A stretch of 64,000 nt of DNA from Macrostomum lignano (taxonomy: Eukaryota): contig NIVC01001893.1 in NCBI GenBank assembly GCA_002269645.1, positions 59,070 through 123,069 on the forward strand, read 5' to 3'. The position numbers and the translations under genes are program-made. This document shows, piece after piece, positions 59,872 to 64,000 of the stretch (the first letter of the stretch is position 1; each line of letters starts with the position of its first letter). The notes under the pieces are model-generated. The model searched no databases and was not told where the DNA came from. It worked only from the letters and a program-made list of their open reading frames with translations.

Positions 59872-62870
59872 TCACGGCGCCACAGACACGGGAAAGTTGG
59901 CCTCCAGGCCGTGCTTGGCGCCCAGCACGAACTGCAGTGACAGCAGCAGAACTGCCACACCGAACAACAGATGCGCCGCGCCCCAAGACCTGGTGGGCCG
60001 CATAAACAAACGCACAGTTGGCGTCTCCCATTGACTCTCCGTCCAGGTGGAGAAGTCGCCCGACCCGCTCCAGGCGTTATAATCCGAGCTGTCAATCGGG
60101 GACACGGCGGGCAGGGCAGTCAGGGACAGGCGCAGACAGACCCCGCTGACATTGTTAGACGCGCCGCTGACAGATGTCAGATCGTAGAACACTGGCAGGC
60201 CAGCGCTAACGGTATCGTTAGCTGTATTCAATGCCAAACAGTCGCTCCGCTTAGTTACACCTGGCACAATACGCCTGTAGCATTGGACAGCAACAGGTAG
60301 GTCAAATATCTCAGGTGGTTGCCACCCTGATTAGGCAGGAATCTGCTCTGATATTCGTACACATAGGCGCCAATTAAACCGTTAATACTATTAGTAGCAG
60401 CGTAGACTTTATCTAGCCAACTTTTTGTCACATTAGCCCCGGATATCGCGTGCTGACAGGTGGCGTCGCCTTGGAGACAATCAACGTAGGCTTTCAACAG
60501 ATTGTCGTCCACCTTTGCTGCTGACGAATTGGTGAGAAACTGTGACGCCAGAGTAGCAATGCGATCCGCTAAGGTGGCCAAGGTTTGCACAACACCAGAG
60601 GGCGTCGGGCGCACATCGGCAAACGAGTTATAATTCCGATTGCGAAATCCTTGATCCCGTTTGTGATCGGTGAGGAGCAGGGCGGGCACCGGCTGCAGCG
60701 GAGCTGACTCCTTCGAACCTGGCGGCCTTAGAAAAGTCTGAGTCGAGGCTGGCGGCAGTTTTCTATCGCTAATCAAAGCGTCAGATTTCAAGCCGAGAGA
60801 TTTCACATGCGAGTCAACTGTAGAGTTGACAACTCTATAAACTGACGGATCAGTGTACGCGGCCAGCTGGTCCATGGATTCTAAATTCGACAGCTCGCCC
60901 AGTTCAATAATCGAATGCACGTGACTGGCATTGATTCTAGCCGGTTGACCCGATTCGCCTAGCAACTGGTTGCCATGGAGATCGTGTACTAAGCGCTGGC
61001 TGCCAATATAGTCCCAGCTGTCGCCATTGACAAATACGATGGCAACGTCGCGACCTGTTGTCCCGTTACTGGATGAAGCTAGCGCATTAGCGACTGCAAG
61101 CAATACCGCGATAGCCGGAGTAAGAGTGCCAGAAGCTGGCGAGTTGCTGGCAAACATTGAGAAGGAGTCAAGGCGAGCCAAGATCAGCATAACAGATGCG
61201 GGTGCTCGGACAGTATTGGTTGGCATCGCTGTTGAGCTAGCGGTCCATACTAGACTCAAATCGCCCATTGGGCCGCAGAAATGCATCAGCTGAGAGATGG
61301 AGGTCAAGGCGGAGATGAGGCTAGTGTACTGCGGCCTTCGGAGGCAAGTAACCGACGAGGCCGCCCCGTGCATCGGCGTGCGCAGCTCGATTGCGCAATG
61401 ACGCAGCGACGATTCGCGTTGGGTACAATTTTTCAAAGTGAAAATCTGCTCGGATTTGGTTACTAAGGCAACAGGAAAGGACCAGTCTAACAGGGCGGCA
61501 GAGGTGCCGGCGGCATTCCATGCTGGGGAGGCCTGCGGGCCGGAGCAGCTGCCGCCGCGGCTGCCGCGGTAGGCGCTCAGACGGTCGTTGGGGCAAGCGG
61601 AGTCCTCGGAGATGTTCACGCCGGTTTTTTGCGGCAAAGTCGAACGTGAAGTCGCGCTCAGATTCAGAGTACAGAACCAGCAGGCCTGCGGAGGAGGGCG
61701 GCGGAGAGTGGGGTTAGTCCCAGCAAACTGAGGATCTGGGAGGCTGGCCCAACAACTGGGGATCTGGGAGACTGGCCCAGCAACTGACACTCTGGGAGGC
61801 TGGCCCAGCAACTGAGGATCTGGGAGGCTGGCCCAGCAGCTGAGGATCTGGGAGGCTGGCCCAGCAACTGGGGATCTGGGAGGCTGGCCCAGCAACTGGG
61901 ATCTGGGAGACGGACGCCCAGCAACTGACACTCTGGGAGGCTGGCCCAGCAACTGAGGATCTGGGAGCTGGCCCAGCAGCTGAGGATCTGGGAGGCTGGC
62001 CCAGCAACTGATCTGGGAGGCTGGCCCAGCAACTGGGGATCTGGAGGCTGGCCCAGCAACTGGGGATCTGGGAGGGCTGGCCAGCAACTGGGATCTGGGA
62101 GCTGGCCCAGCAACTGGGGATCTGGGAGGCTGACCCAACTGATCTGGGAGGCTGGCCCAGCAACTGGGGATCTGGGAGGCTGGCCCAGCAACTGAGGATC
62201 TGGAGGGCTGGGAGGCCCCAGCAACTGAGGATGTGGGAGGCTGGCCCAGCGCAAACTGAGGATGTGGAGAGCTGGCCCAGCAACTGAGGATCTGGGAGGC
62301 TGGCCAGCAACTGGGGATCTGAGAGGCCGGCCCAACAACTGGGGATCTGAGAGGCTGGCCCAGCAACTGGGGATCTGAGAGGCCGGCCCAAACAACTGGG
62401 GATCTGAGAGGCCGGCCCAACAACTGGGGATCTGAGAGGCCGGCCCAACAACTGGGGATCTGAGAGGCTGGCCCAGCAACTGGGGATCTGGGAGGCTGCG
62501 GTGACAACCCAGAAGGGGATCCACCAGCGCGGCAGCACAAACCTGCAGGCCCCCGGGCAGGCCGTGCAGTTTCGCAGCCTGCAGGGCGAACAGCTCAGCG
62601 GGCACGGCCAGCACGGCATCGGCGGTGTCATCGCGGCTCAGGCCGTCCAACTCGGCCGCAGTGTCGGCAAAGATCAAACGGCCGACGTTGCCGCCCAGGC
62701 TGCTGGAGCAGCCAGCCTGATGGGTGCCGTTGAATCGACGAACGCAGGCAGAGAAGGCGGCCTGCGGCAGCTTGTAGTAGCTGCGGTCTCGCAATCTCTC
62801 GCAGGAGCCGAGCCGAAACAGAACTGCTACTAACAGTAGTACTAAAGCTCCATTGCGGCGGTGTGAACAT
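59872..62870 (-). CDS. NCSTN: Nicastrin (gamma-secretase subunit); exons ~62870-62543 and 61685-59872; four apparent single-base indels
   Basis: CVRRFNGTHQAGCSSS, ACPND, WNAAG...DWSFPV, HCAIEL..MHGA.SSVTCLRR, ARLDS, GDSWDYIGSQRLVHDL, STWTESQW and a C-terminal TM. One GT-AG intron (62542-61686) with CTAAC branch point and polypyrimidine tract. Functional gene versus decaying copy is unresolved. Confidence 0.9.
61718..62498. repeat. 28-bp satellite array inside the nicastrin intron
   Basis: ~28 indel-rich copies of the same unit as 53950-59008. Confidence 0.95.
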
Positions 62871-63269
62871 CGTTTTCTTTAAAACTCGGTTTATAAACTT
62901 TAGGCAGCTGGGGTAGAGTGCTGAAAATTGAATTTATATGAATATACAACTCTGGCGCACTTAAAGCGATATTGTAAAAAAAAACTTTTTACCGAAGCAC
63001 AATGAAGTCTAAACGGTCATTATTACAGCATTCAGCGACTCCACCAAAAGATTTTTCAATTGATAAGAGCATGCAGGCACACTTGCTGTGATTTTATTAA
63101 ACCGATTAAAAAATTTATGACTAAGTTATAGAGTCGCCTATTATCTTATCTGATTGCCAATTCAACTGGACCTCGCCACGCGTAATCAATGTACATGATA
63201 CTCCCTGCCCGAGTGACCAATTAGTCTAGCCACCCCATCTCTTGTCCAATCAGATCAATTTTAGGCGTG

Positions 63270-63460
63270 AAAAAATGGCCGCACAGGCACACACTTAAAC
63301 AGGAGTGTACAGCGGCCTCCTAACTTGCCTTGGGGTTGGCCTTTAAGGCCGCTTGTTAATAGCACGAGCAGAGCTAAGCCGAGATTTCCAATTCAAATTA
63401 ATGTGACTGCACTTGGAATCGAGCCTGGGCCGTCGCGCTAGACCGCTGAGCTACGGCCCC
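63270..63460 (-). mobile_element. tRNA-derived SINE-like / Pol III unit (~190 nt)
   Basis: Minus strand GGGGCCGTAGCTCAGCGG (A box), GGCTCGATTCC (B box), structured body, ending in a T run (Pol III terminator). A related fragment lies at 48001. Confidence 0.6.
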
Positions 63461-64000
63461 TCATCACTCGCCCCCATGTGCCTCGTCACTTGTGTGACAT
63501 ACTATAGTTAGTGCAAACAAACTGATTTAATAATTAAAACAAAAGACTAATAATTGTCAAATCAAACTACAAGATGTAACTTGAAGAACTTATTTTATAA
63601 GAGATTAGATAAAATTTGTTTAGAAAAAAGTTTTCTACTAGATTATTCGTAAAGATAAAAATTTCAAAAAAAATTGCTACAAATCAAAGACTTTGCTTTA
63701 CTCGCACCTATAATTAGTCTTATTATAGTAACTTATTATTGGCATTAAGAGCTGGAGTTTAAAAACACAGTTTCAGAAAGATAAGAGTTAAAAGAATCAG
63801 CTGATTTTACGGAAATTAGTCTGGAAATTTGAAATCAATATAAAAAGGTGTCATAACTGCAAAAATTTACCGATAAAATAGAGAATATTTTAAAAAATTT
63901 CTTAGAATTCCGTCAAATTCCTAGAAACAGCCGAGGGTATTTCTTAAAAATAGTCGGGAGTAATTCTTAGAAAAACACCGGAGTACTTTTAAATCTGCTG

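Noticed and set aside
63276-63390. HDV-like ribozyme on the plus strand (GCTAAGCCGAG resembles J4/2-P2) or vault RNA on the minus strand
   Set aside because: No acceptable P3/L3 or GG for P1.1 could be fitted, and the B box is near the 5' end rather than the 3' end as in vault RNA.

Overview
Eukaryotic (metazoan) genomic DNA: GC-rich spliced exons in AT-rich, minisatellite-saturated introns and intergenic DNA. The style suggests the flatworm Macrostomum lignano or a relative (inference, not verified). Seven protein genes can be built by hand from GT-AG junctions: S-adenosylmethionine synthetase (+, first exon upstream of the window), NUS1/Nogo-B receptor (+), adenosine kinase (+), a divergent myosin-19 (-), an intronless GH47 alpha-1,2-mannosidase (+, one apparent frameshift), a cation-type nicotinic acetylcholine receptor alpha subunit (+), and nicastrin (-, two exons, several apparent indels). 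More than 20 tandem-repeat arrays explain most of the long ORFs in the track, which are spurious. Non-autonomous DNA transposons include three with exact 8- or 9-bp target-site duplications, and there are two tRNA-derived SINE-like elements. The most unusual signal is a hAT-type MITE family (2 copies) whose interior carries a ~65-nt piece of nuclear 28S rRNA spanning the R2/I-PpoI target, with the cut site itself mutated. A foldback MITE with the same TIR carries a CCAAT/E-box cassette. A dispersed 28-bp satellite occurs at four sites, including inside the nicastrin intron. No CRISPR array, intact rRNA/tRNA gene or autonomous transposase was found.
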